Assembly: GCA_951406725.2 (NCBI GenBank)
Contig: OX597826.1
Span: 72,230,001-72,294,000, forward strand
Direction: 5' to 3'
Length of the DNA stretch: 64,000 bases
From: Octopus vulgaris
Taxonomy: Eukaryota
The position numbers and the translations under genes were made by a program. Numbering within the stretch: position 1 is the stretch's first letter; the number at the start of each line of letters is the position of its first letter. Positions 22,601-36,695 of this stretch are shown one piece after another. The notes under the pieces were generated by a model. It saw nothing but the letters and a program-made list of their open reading frames with translations. It had not been told where the DNA came from and ran no database searches.

Positions 22601-25600
22601 ATTATTGCAATGTTGTCCTCTGCTCATGCAATATTTCCACTCAGGCACTTCTTTACTCATATCATGTTCACTATCTTTGGCCCTTCACCAACTGTTTGGT
22701 TCAGGCCTTCCTTTCCCAAATATTTGTCGTCTGGTGTTCCCTCTTTGCATGTGTTCAACTTGCAGCAGTTGAAGGAGAATGTTAACTGCCAGTCTCAGCA
22801 GACCTGCACAGGTCCTGGTCACGGTCCCTTCCTCCAGACAAGACAAATAAATAGAGAGAGAGAGTGAGAGTAAGGAGGCATGGTGTTTAAGATGTAAAGT
22901 GTTTGGGTTGTTTTATATATCCAAAAGTTTTGGGCGTGGCAATAGAAACAAATGAGATGAGTGATTCAAATTGCCAAATGTTTGTGTATGCATTTCTCTG
23001 AATCTGTATGTTTTGACAGCTGATTGTGTAAAGGTGTTGTGACAGTGAATGTTGGTGAGAACATACTGTGACTTGCTTTCACTTAACACATTGTAAAAGA
23101 CATCTGTATCTTCTTTCTCACTAATTTAATTGAAGCAAACTTTGAAGGGTCTACGACCTGTATTGTAATTTAGTGTTATTTTTGTGTGCTTAATCATGTA
23201 TTTGAGGGAATTATGATTTTTTTTTTTTTCCAAATCTGTTTAATGTATAGCTTTTGAGTTTGTTTCCAAATACTCTTTTCTCTAAATGCTACCTTAATAC
23301 ATGCTGTAAATTGTACCTACGCTGGAATAGCTTACTCTACAGGTACCTACTATGTATTGTTTCATTAGATACTATCTACTTTCTCAGATATCTACACTTG
23401 ATAACTACTTAAACTATCCACTCCACTCTTCTGTATTCTGTGCCAATATACAAGGGTTAAATTATCATTCTTCGCTATTCAGCAATTATTTTTAATCCTT
23501 GGAGTTGTTGTAGACATAACGTGTGCATTTGTCTTCAAAAATAGGTTTCTTTTTCATTCTCCTAATCCTTAGTAAGCATGTAAGCCAAGTACTGCAAGCA
23601 AAAGAGAGTGGCCCCAGTTTTTTATCTCCTCGGAACCTATTTATAAAATGAACCATTGAAAGTTTATTTGCCAATGAGTCTGTGTTGTATTTTGTGGTAA
23701 GATTTCAGCTACACATCCTTTAATCAGTGGCTGGTATCATATCAACTGAGTCAGCTTCTTCTTATTGATATTGTTGCTGTTAGTTAAAGGTTTTCTGTGA
23801 CCTGATTTCTCAACTCTGGATGTCTTGCTAATGAAAATGCATAAGCATCGTATTTGCATTACCTGTCCTACCATTATAGGCCAGAAAATGGAAGGCTTTA
23901 TTATATCTTGAAGTTTGTGTTTTGCTACACTGAGATTTAAGATCCAGCTTTCAAAGAGAACAATAAATATATACTAGTGTTAAAACAAATACTAAGGTCT
24001 TTGTTAAAATAAGGTTTTGCTATTGCAAGTAATATTGTATAGAAGTTGCTGGCACAATCTTCCAATTATAAATATCTTCATATAGACAACATAGTTGTCT
24101 ACTCTATGACAGCAACTGATAATTTTCTAAGAAATTATTATAACAAGTGAATTGGCAGAATTGGTGGAGCATCAAGCAAAATGTCTTGTGCTGTTTAATT
24201 AATGTCACTTTATCTTCATTGTTCAAGTTCCACAGGATTAAATAAGTACTGGTCAGGTACAGAGGTTAATCTTGTTGACTGCACCCTTCTCACACAAAAT
24301 TTGGGGCTTTGCTTCAATGTTTTCGAAATTGTTGCTGTGCTGATTCCAACTTCATCAATAAAACCATTTCTATTGCTTAGGGAAGGCATGAATGCCATGA
24401 TCTCATTTTCCTGCTCCTTTTACTCTAACTTTAAGGCAGTTGATGTCTGAATCGGTAGAGCATCAGACAATACATTTCGTCATATTTTAAGTTCAATTCC
24501 TGTCAAGTATTGGAATTGATCTAATTGGTTATCCTGTCTTCTTTGGCCTCGTTCATCTAAACCTTGTAAATGGTTTATGGTTCCAGGAGAGTTATAATTA
24601 TGTAAAAATCCAAATATCTTTAATAGATTGTCACCTGGCCTCTTAATCTTAAATCTTAATTATGGAGTTGAATAGCCTCATCTTTTTACTGCCTTTTCTC
24701 TCAACTGATATAATAACACTTTTCTTTCTGTTGTTTGTTGTATTTTTTTTTTTAACTGAAAAATTTTTCTATGTTTATTATTTATTTATTTATTTATTAC
24801 ATCAAAACTTAAGATAATTTTTTATGTTTTGGGCTTTTCGTTATTTTTTTAAAAAAATTTTTTTTTTTTTTTTCATTTTCTGTCCTGTCCCCCCCTCCTG
24901 CCTACTCTCCACCAAACTCTCTTTTAAAAGTTAAAAAGTTATTTCTGTAATATGTGTTGATAAGTTGAAATAAGTTGTCACCTGTAGCTGTAAAACAGCA
25001 GCAAACCTTTCTACCAAAGACAGTTGAATATCTCCAGCTCTTAACACTCAACTGTTCAAACCATTCACTCACCTATTTGACCTCTCTCTCTTTCTCTCTC
25101 TCTCTAACTCAACCCTTTCATTCTCAAAATCTGTTTATCTACATAAATATCTATTTTCTATTTCTATAACTCCTCTTTCTACCTATCTCATTTCTCTCTC
25201 TCTCTCTCTCTTTATCTATCTATCTATCTCTTTCTCTCTCTCTAATCTAAATACTCCTTTTCACTGAAATGTTGTCTAATTAAGTTCTAAAGCCTTTTAA
25301 TGAAGTATTGAAAACCCGAATAGATTTATACCAAATTTATTACCAGACACCTGTCCATTGCCATGGGAAAGGACAAAATGACCGGCAAAATACAGCTTTT
25401 AAGGTAAATTCTCTCAATTTCTCGTCTGAAAAAAATTGAGATATTTTGCAAACCTAGTGCCATTCTGTTGCTCAGCAATAATGATATGATCTGTCATATG
25501 TAGTCTTTTTATTATTATTTATCATTATTATTATTTTATTTTACTGTTATTATAGTTTCATTTATTTACTTCTTTTTTTTTTTTTTTTATAACTCCCTTA

Positions 25601-27174
25601 TCGCCAAATTTATTAATCTCTGCTTGTAATGTGTGTTCAGTGATCTGAATGTTTTCATATATATTTATTTTTTTAAATTGTCTGCTCACATTCATTCAAT
25701 AGGCAACTTTTTTTTTTTTTTCTTTCCGTTCATATTATTCAAGACAAAACCTGTTTCTGTATTGCCTTCCAGTTGTCCACTCTAAAGTCCTTCTATCGTT
25801 TCTTAACTTGGTTTAATCTACAAACCAAGCAGCATGTCTCACTGCAATGATGCTAAGATAGCCTTTTCAAATAATGTACATTTTCCAGTTTAATTTTTGT
25901 TTTGTTCATTTTTCTTTTTAGTTTTATATTTTAGTTATTATATCCTCATTTATAAGCACCTTTATTTTTTTTTATCTTTACTATCTTTATTTGATAAATT
26001 TTTTTTTTAAATGTTTAAAAAAGTGGTGCAGTTGTATTAGTGCTGTCTTTAATTTTGGGGTAAAAACCATAAATGTTGACTCTAAACACCGAATCTAATT
26101 ACACCTTGTACCTTTTTGTTTATAAAAATATTTATTCCAACTTTTGGGAAGAAGACACTTTGTCTTCAGCATAAGTATGTGAAACTTCACTTGTTCATTT
26201 ATTTCTTATTTTCTATGCCAGTCAGTTGTATGTATGTATGTATGTTTGTATGTATGTCTCTGTCTTGGATCCAACTCTTTGCATGTAGTAATTGAAAAAA
26301 TGGTTTAACAAATCCAATAATTATTGTTTCCCACACTCTGTGTTAATTTTTGGTGGCCAATTGAAAATAAACTTTCCAAGAACATTGTTTGTAAAAATGT
26401 TTCAGTCTTCTAGTGTTATTATGACATAAATGTTTATTTCAAGAAAGTACTCATTAATACCTTAGCAGTAGGAATTAGCCCAAACTTAGAAATAGCTGGT
26501 GAGTAAGGTAAGAGTTGATTAATAAAGCTATGTTAGATATACACCCACCACACATTCTATTATAATCAGGAAAAAATTCAACCAAAAATTTAACACTTGA
26601 AAACAAAAGGTAATATTTCTGTATATGCATTTCACACTAATTACTACCATAGCCATTAATAGTTACTATAACTACCGACATCTTCTATCACTTCTGTAGC
26701 TACCAATAACAATTATAGCAGTCACCAATATCTTTCAAAACTGTGTTATGCTGTATGTCTGTATGTGTGCATGAAGTATTAATGGATTGATGAATTTCTG
26801 TTGCATTTTATTTTATGTATAAATGATTTTGTTTTTTCCTATAAATCCATAGCTTACCTGGTATGTTACATGTTGATTAGACCCAGGTCATGAACACATT
26901 ATCTTTAAAACTGGAGTTGGTGGAGCTAATTTTTATTTGCTTAGTAATTATTGATAATAAAAAAAATATTTTGATTTCTAGATTTTAGCATTTTCTGGGG
27001 TTGCAAAAGAAACACTCTTAAGTATTATTTACATGAATGAAATTTGTCCCAAGCCTCAGGAGATATCTCCACCTCCCTGTTCTAGATTTGCCATGCAGGA
27101 TACCACATGTACTCCATCACCACATAAAATCTGAGCTCTTTTTTTTTTTTTTTTTTTTTTTTTGCTAATTATTC

Positions 27175-28003
27175 TATTGGTCCACCTTTGCTAGACCACT
27201 AAGTTCCAGATCATAAGCACACCAGCACAAGTTGTCAATTGGTGGTAGGGAGCAAACACAGACACACACAATGGGCTTCTTTCGGTTTCCATCTACCAAT
27301 TCCACTCACAAGGCTGTGGTCCATCAATGGCCATGGTAGAAACCACTTACCCATGGTGTAGTAGGACTGATGTCAGAACCATGTGATTGGGAAGCAAACT
27401 TTTACAACACAGCCATGCCTGCACTGGTATTTCTGTAAACATATGCCTACACCATCCTCCTTTCTTGAACGAGCCTAGAACCAGCCATAGAGAAGATTAT
27501 TTTTGGCTCACTGATGAGAAAAGTTTTGTAAACACACACACACATGTACACACATACACTGTTGCATGTGTATGCATATTATTTACATTTCGTTTTGCAG
27601 TTTGTGAACAGTGATGTTGTTGGTTACCAATGAGCCAGTCAACTAGTTCATTGCATCTTTTAATTCAATGCAGAGGAGAGACATTGCAAAGAATTTCGTT
27701 TTTGAAAGCACCAGTATATATATATATATATATTCTTTTACTTGTTTCAGTCATTTAACTGCTGGCATGCGAGAGCACCACCTTTTAGTCGAACAAATTA
27801 ACCTGAGGACTTATTCTTTGTAAGCCTAGTACTTATTCTATCAGTCTCTTTGCCGAAGCGCTAAGTTACAGGGATGTAAACACACCAACATCGGTTGTCA
27901 AGTGATGGTGAAGGGACAAACATATAAGTATAGATGTATGCACACACAATGGGCTTCTTTCAGTTTCTGTCTACCAGATCCACACACAAGGCTTTGGTCA
28001 GCC
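27175..28003 (-). mobile_element. Two SINE family A copies (about 27175-27422 and 27730-28003)
   Basis: Similarity to family A. Confidence 0.75.
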
Positions 28004-30219
28004 CATGTGTGTGTGTGTCTCTCCCCCAAACACACATACACATGCACACCTGACTTCCTGACCAAAATACATTGATCAAGGGAGTTGTAAGCTGTTAGAC
28101 TGTCACTTGGCTCTTGGCTCATGTTTATTTATAGCAGAAACAGCTGTAAGCTAATGGAACTGCTTATGTAACTCGTGTTCTTTTGTCATTCATTCATTAA
28201 TTGATATTACGCTCTACATTGATTTGATGGTTTACTCTAAAGTACATTGAGTATTGCTATGGCCAAGCAGAATCATTATATATATATGTATATATGTATG
28301 AATATCAAAACACAGAGTTGGAAAAGTTTTGGGATTTTACTTACTTACTATTACACATGTTTCATTTGCTAATAGGAATTACAAAGTTGTACATGCTGCA
28401 TAAACATATAAGAAAATTCCTATGAGAAATTCATACAGAGAATCATGTATATGTATATATCATCATTATTTAGTGTCCACCTTCTATGTTGACATGGGCT
28501 GGATGGTTTGACAGGAGCTGACCAGGTAGAAGATTACACCAGGCTACTGTGTCTGTTTAGGCAGGGTTTTTACGGCTGGATACCCTTCCTAACACCAACC
28601 ACCCACAGAGTGAACTGAGTGTTTTTTACATGGCACCAGCACAGGCAAGGTCAGTTTTGGCATGGTTTTTACAGCCAGATGCCCTGCCAACCACTTCATA
28701 GTGTCTGGTTGCCATGTGTATGTGTATATATATATATATATAATTAAACACACAACTGAAAGAGCTACTAATAGTTTCATGCTATTATCATACTTGAAGA
28801 GGCATATTTATAGAATATGCCATGTATCTTAAAGCAATCTTTTAGGTTCTGTTTATATGTTATATGTAATTTTTGAAAACAAGAACGCTGGACAGTAAGA
28901 AAATAAGTCGGGGAAAAAACATGACGAAAGTTGGTGCAAAAAGTGGAATGAGAAAAAAGAAACAATATCAAGAAGTACAAAGTTTTTATCTGTAAATTCA
29001 CTTACAAGGCATTGATTTGTCTGAAACTATGAAAGAAGGCACTTTCTCAAGGTGTTACACAGGAGATCAGAACTCAGGACCACTTGGTTGCAAAATGCAC
29101 TTCTTAACCACGTAGCATTGCTTACACACACATACACATCCTTAATTTCATTTTGTTGCTCAATTCATTCTGATACAAAAATTTCACTGAGTATTCTGGC
29201 CAAAGCTGTCTCCAGTAAATCTCTTAGGCAACATGTAGAGACTAACAAGTTCTGCATGTGGCACATGTAGTAAGTAGAAGTAATGACAGTAGCGAGTTAA
29301 GACACTTTTACATCTTTTGCACAAATACACCCCTATGAGATTTAGTCATTACTTAACTCATCATCATCATTCTCTCCTCATTTAATTTTGTCCCTCTGAC
29401 CTCTTAACAACACCCTTTTGCTTGCTTATTCTCTCTCTCCTTCATATTTCTTTCTTCAAGCATATAATATATTCTCAGTGCTCTCATAAACTTGAAGAAA
29501 GATTTTCTTGCCTATGGTAGGACTTAGCTCAGAACATTAGGCTTTTTTTTATCTGCCCACAAGCATCAACCTTCACTTGTAGTGGTTATTGTTTCTGGGA
29601 TACCAAGCAGACACCAGACACTCATGTAAATATTGCCTACATAGGTGAAATTTGTCCTGAAGAAAATAAGTCACAGAGAACACTACTACTACACAGGCTT
29701 GCTCATTGGGATCCCATATAAACACATCAACACCACATACGGGTCAAGCCTTATTTTTGACTTTAACATCAAGGGGGATATTTAGAACTGTTCATTCAAT
29801 ACCACCACACACACTCACACATGCACATAATGTCTGTCCTTTTATGCTTCATTCTAAGAATGCTTTTGGTCAAATTCTCTACGTAAAAAATTACTGTCTG
29901 CATTTTGGTAATTATTTTTAACTCTCAGGCACTTCCAGAAAGTACGTGTGCTGGTGCCGCATAAAAAGCACCTGTAAAATGGTTGGTGCTAGGAAGAGTA
30001 TCCCACCGCACAAACTTTGTGGAAACAAACAAATGGAGACTGGTGCGGCTTGCCAGTATGGAAAAAGTGATGATGAATAAAAGGCAATTTTATTTGCAAA
30101 CTACTCTGAGAATTTTTTTTTTCCTTCACAACAAAATTTTACTTGTCATTAACTTAAATTCATCTTAGGTTAAATTTCCAATTTAGAAAAAATTTTTTAC
30201 ATTCGGATATTCTTATTAA

Positions 30220-31345
30220 GGTGTGTGGATAGCAGAATCAGTAAAATGCTGGGCAAAATGCCTTATATTTAGTTGTGTCCATTTACTTTTTAGAGTTCAA
30301 ATCTTACAGATGTTGACCTCATCTGTTCTGATGTCAGTAAAAGACCCACCTAGTACTGGTGCCCATCTAATTGACTTTATCCTCAACTCCCCATATTTGT
30401 GGCCTGATGCATCTTGTAGAAATTATTAATAATTACTGTACTTTTTGAAACGGTGAGCTACCGGAATCATTAGCACGCTGGACAAAACAGCAGTATTTTG
30501 TCCGTTTTTATGTCCTGAATTCAAATTCCACTGCGATCAAGTTTGCCTCTCTGGATCAATAAAATAAGTACCAGTTGAGTACTGGGGTCAATGTAATCAA
30601 TTTACCCCCTCCCCAAATTTGAGGCCTTGCGCTTCTTGTAAAAAATTTTAATTCCTATGCTTTCCAAGGCAGCAAGCTGGCAGAACCATTGTCATGCTGG
30701 GCAAAAAATGCTTGGCGGTATTTCATCAATCTTTACAGTCTGAATTAAAACTTTGCCAAGGTTGACTTTGCCTTTTATCCTTTTGGTGTCGATTAAAATA
30801 AGGACCAGTTGAGCCCTGGGGGGTCAATGCTACTGACTTTGCTCTCCTGTACTCTTGTCCCCTGAAATTAATGGCGTTGTGCCACAATCTGAAATCAATA
30901 GTTATTGTTTTGAATTCAAATCCTCCCAAGATCAATTTTGCCTTTCATCTTGCTGGAGGTCAATAAAATAAAGTACCAGTAAAGTACTGGGGTTGGTTTA
31001 ATTGATTAACCTTTCCCCTTCCGCCCACAAATTCCTGACAATGTGTCTATATTAGAAGTAATAATTATTATTAAGGTGGCAAACTGGCAGAATCATTAGT
31101 GTGTTGGTTGATTTTTTGCCTTTTATCCTATAGGGTTGATAAAATATGTACCAGTCAAACATTGAGGGCACTGCAATTGACCAGCCCTGCCTCTAAAATT
31201 GCAGGGTTTGTGCCTATAGAAGAAACTATTATTATTACCATGTATTTAAGGTGGCAAACTGACGGAATTGTTAGATTGCCAGGCAAAATGCTTAACAGCA
31301 TTTCGTCATCTGCCTTTATGTTCTGAGTTCAAATTCCATTGTGGC
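30220..31345 (+). mobile_element. Head-to-tail cluster of about 6 degenerate SINE family C units
   Basis: Repeated tggcagaatcattag / ttcaaattcc / ataagtaccag..actgggg modules separated by (ATT)n tails. Confidence 0.75.
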
Positions 31346-31348
31346 TAA

Positions 31349-31628
31349 TAGGCACAGGAGTGGCTGTGTGGTAAGTAGCTTGCTAATCAACCACATGGTT
31401 CCGGGTTCAGTCCCGCTGCGTGGCATCTTGGGCAAGTGTCTTCTGCTATAGCCTCAGGCCGACCAAAGCCTTGTGAGTGGATTTGGTAGACGGAAACTGA
31501 AAGAAGCCTGTCGTATATATGTATGTTTGTGTGTCTGTGTTTGTCCCTCTAGCATTGCTTGACAACCGATGCTGGTGTGTTTACGTCCCCGTCACTTAGT
31601 GGTTCGGCAAAAGAGACCGATAGAATAC
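31349..31628 (+). mobile_element. Young SINE family A copy, 3'-truncated, nested in a family C unit
   Basis: Near-identical reverse complement of 36545-36853. Confidence 0.9.
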
Positions 31629-32677
31629 TCCCATCACCCAAACTTGCTGGCTTTGTACCTAAATGTGAAACCATTATTATTATCATTAACTATTAATTCT
31701 TTTAAGTATTATAGTTATTAATCTGCAAGTGGTAGATTAAAACACTTTTTACAGTACCTAATTACATCCACCTGTGTTCTGAATTTCAATTCCACTAACA
31801 CAGGGTTTCATAAAATAAATACTCGTTAATATGCTGTTGTCAATATTCACTCACCTGTATCTCCCCCCAAACTCTAAATATTTCACTTTGGGCCTAATGT
31901 TAGGAATCATTATTTACAACTGTAGTTTTATCAAATTGTTTGCAATTAAACAATTATCATTCAATGAATTTCAATTTGGAAAATTTAATTCACTGCAATT
32001 TATTGTATTGATAAGATATTTTTTATATCTTTATAAATTATGCAAAACATTAAGAATGTCATTACTTTTTTTTTTTTTTTATCATCTTTGTCTCTTTTCT
32101 TTAATACAATTACCAATGTCTTTTTAATGTTGACGCTATGCGGTTTGCATATTTATTTGTACATCTTATTTTTAATCGAATTTTTTAAAAAGCTTGTCTG
32201 ATTTTTTTTTAACTTCTTTCTCTCATGTAATCTAAACCCTTCTGCATTGTTTCCTATATACAAAAATATTCCTATCTATCTATCTATATATATATATTGT
32301 GAGGCATACATGTAAAAATGCAGAGGAAAAGGTCTCTACACACAAAATATAGAATACTTTATTATAACTGAATTTCTATTTTCATGCCTTATATTGAACA
32401 TAAATTAACTTTTCCCAGAAAAGCAAACAAAAAGTGATGACAAATGAACAAGGAACTAAATGTACAGTTTGTTCACGTCCAAGATTCCTTATAATCAGCT
32501 TTTAACTGTTTGCCATATATGGTAGAATAACTCTACTGCACATCCTATCCAAACAAAATATCACCATCATGAAAGACAATTTCTCTAAAGTAACACATTT
32601 AAAATATATTTATTATAAAGTAAGGCTACCAGCGGCTTTAGGTGACACTATGAAACAATGCGAGGCGTAACTATTAA

Positions 32678-32896
32678 CCCTTTAGTATTTAAACCGGCCA
32701 TATCTGGCCAAAATAGTTAATCTGTTTTATGTTCAAACTGACCAGATCCAGGCTCTCACACCTACCCTACAATGTTATTCTACATTAAGTAATTACACCA
32801 TCAAGATCTTGAAGATATGAGATAATGCATGATTAATTCAAATCAATGGGAATCAATAAGCATTATGTTTGATAGAATAATCAGAACACTAAAGGG
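32678..32896. mobile_element. TTAA-flanked piggyBac-like MITE, family E1
   Basis: TTAA|CCCTTTAGT...ACTAAAGGG|TTAA. Confidence 0.85.
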
Positions 32897-34976
32897 TTAA
32901 TACTTCCCTTCCTCTTTTTTTCTCTATTTTCTCCCTTTCGCTTCTCCTACTTTTTACCCCATCAGCTGTTTGTGACTTACATGTCAGAATATGGTCATTA
33001 CCTTAGGTAAAGCTACTTTACTACCCTAATCAGTATGAACTAATGAGAGGCCATCAAAAGAATGATGCATAAGCCAGTATAGTCCAAGATATACAAAGGC
33101 AAAATACACATTGGCCATAACTGGGACACTTGTGGTCACAAGACTGCTCAATCTGAACTAAGTGGTATGCAGCAGTACTAGTATTCACTTCAGTATTTTA
33201 CATTTAAATCTCAGAGCAATGATCCTTTTGAAGATCTACTCTAGCTGGGTTAGGTCTCACAGCTTAGTTTATTTCTTGGCTATTCCTAGTACCTTTCATA
33301 TATTAAAATAGTGTACCTTATTGTGGTATACTCAGAGTAAACCAAGTCTTATGCAATTTCATATATTGTTTATACTCTTGAAAATGGCATGAATATCATT
33401 ACTTCCACCTCTTCCATGAAGTTATTAAATATGATTACCCACAGAGAGATTATACTGATGACCAATTTCTCTGAAGAAAATAAGCTGAGTGTTAAACAAC
33501 AATATATTTCATTAATGTCTTCTAGTTCAGGATTTCGTCTATGCCACTTACTGAAACTGAAGTACTCCTTGTTCCTTCAGTAATAAGTGTTTGTTTGTGG
33601 TGGTAGGTTCTGTGCACTAAGCTTTGCTTTTTGTTTAAAACAAAAAAGAAAGTGCTCTCTCATCACTACTTTAATTTCTATCAGCATTATCTGTATCCTA
33701 GTTACTGCCTACTTCTACTTAATATTGTTGTGCTGGAAATGGTCAGACAATGGTGTGCCTATACTGAATATTTGTACTGACCTCTTATTATTGAGTTGTT
33801 ATCTAGGTGTTTTATGACTGAGTAGTTGATTGCATGCATATCAGTTGTGATTTTATATATGTATATATATAATCTGGAACCTGACATTAGCCATTTGGCT
33901 GGAGTGTCAACAGTTTGTGCAATATCACCCTGCCACTTGCCTTATAGCAGCTGGATGGGCTGGACTCTAGAGGCTGGTCAATCAAAGCAGAATGGGAAAG
34001 ACATTTGCTGTCCAGACTGAACAGTGTGTGTGTTTGACCCTATATCACAGATAAGGGTAGGTGGAAATTTGGGGTGGGAAATCAACTGTATGTTCACAGA
34101 TTTGTGGAGTTAATGCAGGTTACCTGCAATAAGTTGACTGTTAGAGATAGAGAATTAGCAAATCTTTTGGAAAACTTAATCTGTGTTCACATTTGACAGG
34201 CTGCCATCTTCCTGCAGATGTCCCGTGATCTGTAATTATTGAAGAAAAGGTTTACCTGTGCAATTGTTTTCTGTGTCAATTTGTTTTTGACATTTTCGTA
34301 TATAGGAAAATGTCAAAAGACCATTTGTGGCTTTTTTTTTTTTTTTTTTAATCCAATTCCTTCTAAAATCTTTGAGGAATTAGATTGATTCCATAGATTC
34401 GTTATTTTTCACAAATAATATTCATAGATGCTAGCAAAAAAAGTCATTCCATGCTTACAAATGTTAAACGATTCTTTTATGAAAGATGCTGTGGAGTAGG
34501 GAGAATATTTTTAATTCCATGTGTGGCTGGTTTAGAGGATTGATCTCCCTCTTGAATAATTAATTTCAGTATTCTGCTTATGCTTTATTCACTCCAAGAG
34601 GGATGAGACTAAGTCACTTTACTGACTATCTCTATACTGTTAGAAAATTAACGCCTTGAATATGCTTGAAGGAAGAATATCAGCCCGTGACTAACACTTG
34701 CTGGCATTTGATTTAGTCTTCCTACCTTCAATGATCAATAAAATATATTGAGATTGTGTTAATCAGTTTTGACCTTTCTCTGTAGAAGAAAGAAACCTAT
34801 TTGAGTTTTGGGGCTTATTTAATTGTTTTTTGTTTTGTTTTTTTACTTTGAGACAATTTTTTTTGTATATTTGTTATTTCTCCACTCCTTTATTTTATAT
34901 TAATCTAAATTCATCAGTTTTGTAGCACAGAGAAGTAATAAGCTACATGATTATGGCATTACATTAAATAATTAAA

Positions 34977-35325
34977 GCAGGAGTGACTATGTTGTAAGAA
35001 ACTTGCTTCCCAACTACATGGTTCTAGGTTCAAGCTCACTGCATGGCACCTTGGGCAAGTGTCTTCTACCATTGCCTCAGGCCGACTAAAGCCTTGAATG
35101 GATTTGGTAGAAAGAAAGCCATTTTGTGTTTGTCCCTCACCACTGCTAGACAACCAGTGTTGGTGTGTTTGTATCCCCATAACTTAGTGGTTCAGCAAAA
35201 GAGACCGATAGAATAAATAAGTGCCAGGCTTAACAAAAAGAAAATATTACTGTAGTTGATTCATTCGGTTAAAAATTCGAGGTGGTGCCCAAGCATGGCC
35301 ACAGTCTAATGACTGAAACAAATTA
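34977..35325 (+). mobile_element. SINE family A copy
   Basis: Full head-to-tail similarity to family A. Confidence 0.8.
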
Positions 35326-36163
35326 ATTCCAAATGATAAAGCATCTTAATGTTGTTGTTATAGTTCTACCTAGCTGTGGTGGAATGCATTGTTTTAAGTT
35401 GTCTTTTCTTCCCCCACCCCATTCCAACTGATTCTAACATGTACATATAATATTATAGACTAAACCTGGGTTTGCATCTATTTTGCCAATTAACCTTACA
35501 CATGTCAATAAGAAGTAAATGATTCTTTGATTGAATCCAATTAATTTATAGCCTGGATTAGCCTGTGGTTTAACAGTTTTTTTTTTTATTCATGTTCTTT
35601 TGCATGAATATAATATATATACACACACGCACACATGTTTTAAAGCCTTTTCATAACGATGTACTCCTCATTCACCATTTTCATTTTTCAGCCTTAACAA
35701 TTCATCAGTCCAATTACCCGGTTTTTCTCACCATTTTACCCTATAATTCTAGGACCTTTGGGATTTTGATAGATAGTACTTAGTAATTTAACCCCTGCCC
35801 AATCAGATTTACTGTTTCTGGTAACACTATTATCCTATTGTTAGAAGCTAAAGCCATTTGGCTTATCATGGACTTTCTTTCACCAGTACTTCTCACAACT
35901 AACAAAATTATTGTTCCCTTCAGCCAAGCATCACGTTTAATTAGTTTCTATTAAGGCATTCAAGCTCTCATTTGTCATCAATCACCATAAATAGCGTTCA
36001 TTGTGTGATTGTGTTACTCCTGTACCATACTTGAGAATGAGAGTTAATATATGCTTTGTTGTTTCACGTTACTGTGTCGTTTGTGGACAGAATTACATGT
36101 CGTCTCCTCTGAAGCTTGTTTTCTATTCTCATTTATTTTCTCGTTTATTTTGTTTCTTTGCAG

Positions 36164-36422
36164 GAGGGAGAAATGCCTTTAGAGAACTTATTGGCGATGT
36201 ATGGTTGTAATAGCACCACACCGGAGACGTTGGAGTCCAGCTGCTTTCAGGACACACGATCGAGTAGCGAAGAAGATATTCTCATCAGCCAAAACCTAAC
36301 CCTAGACAAAGAGGAGATTGCACGTGACCTTCTCTCCAACAGTGATGAAGATGACAAAGAAACAAATGTAAATGACCTTCTCGACAGTGTTTCATCGTCA
36401 CAAACTGCCCGCCTACTTCGAT
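36164..36422 (+). CDS. MIER1: MIER1-like exon 4 (EGEMPLENLLAMYG...QTARLLR), acidic region
   Basis: EGEMPLENLLAMYG matches MIER EGDMPIHELLSLYG; tttgcag acceptor, GAT|GTGAGT donor; phase 0 to 1. Confidence 0.95.
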
Positions 36423-36442
36423 GTGAGTTTCACCTGCTCTCT

Positions 36443-36655
36443 TTACTCTTTTTCTTGTTTCAGTCATTTGACTGCGGCCATGCTGGAGCACCACCTTTAG
36501 TCGAGCAAATCGACCCCGGGACTTATTCTATGTAAGCCCAGTACTTATTCTATCGGTCTCTTTTGCTGAACCGCTAAGTGACAGGGACGTAAACACACCA
36601 GCATCGGTTGTCGAGCAATGCTAGAGGGACAAACACAGACACACAAACATATACT

Positions 36656-36695
<40 letters not shown>

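Noticed and set aside
22400-22867. Overlapping short ORFs in a GC-richer patch
   Set aside because: No motif recognised and no exon that fits MIER phases or homology
36423-36535. Read-through of exon 4 in ORF 36116-36535
   Set aside because: The extension is intron plus antisense SINE; the GTGAGT donor and phase match to exon 5 define the real end
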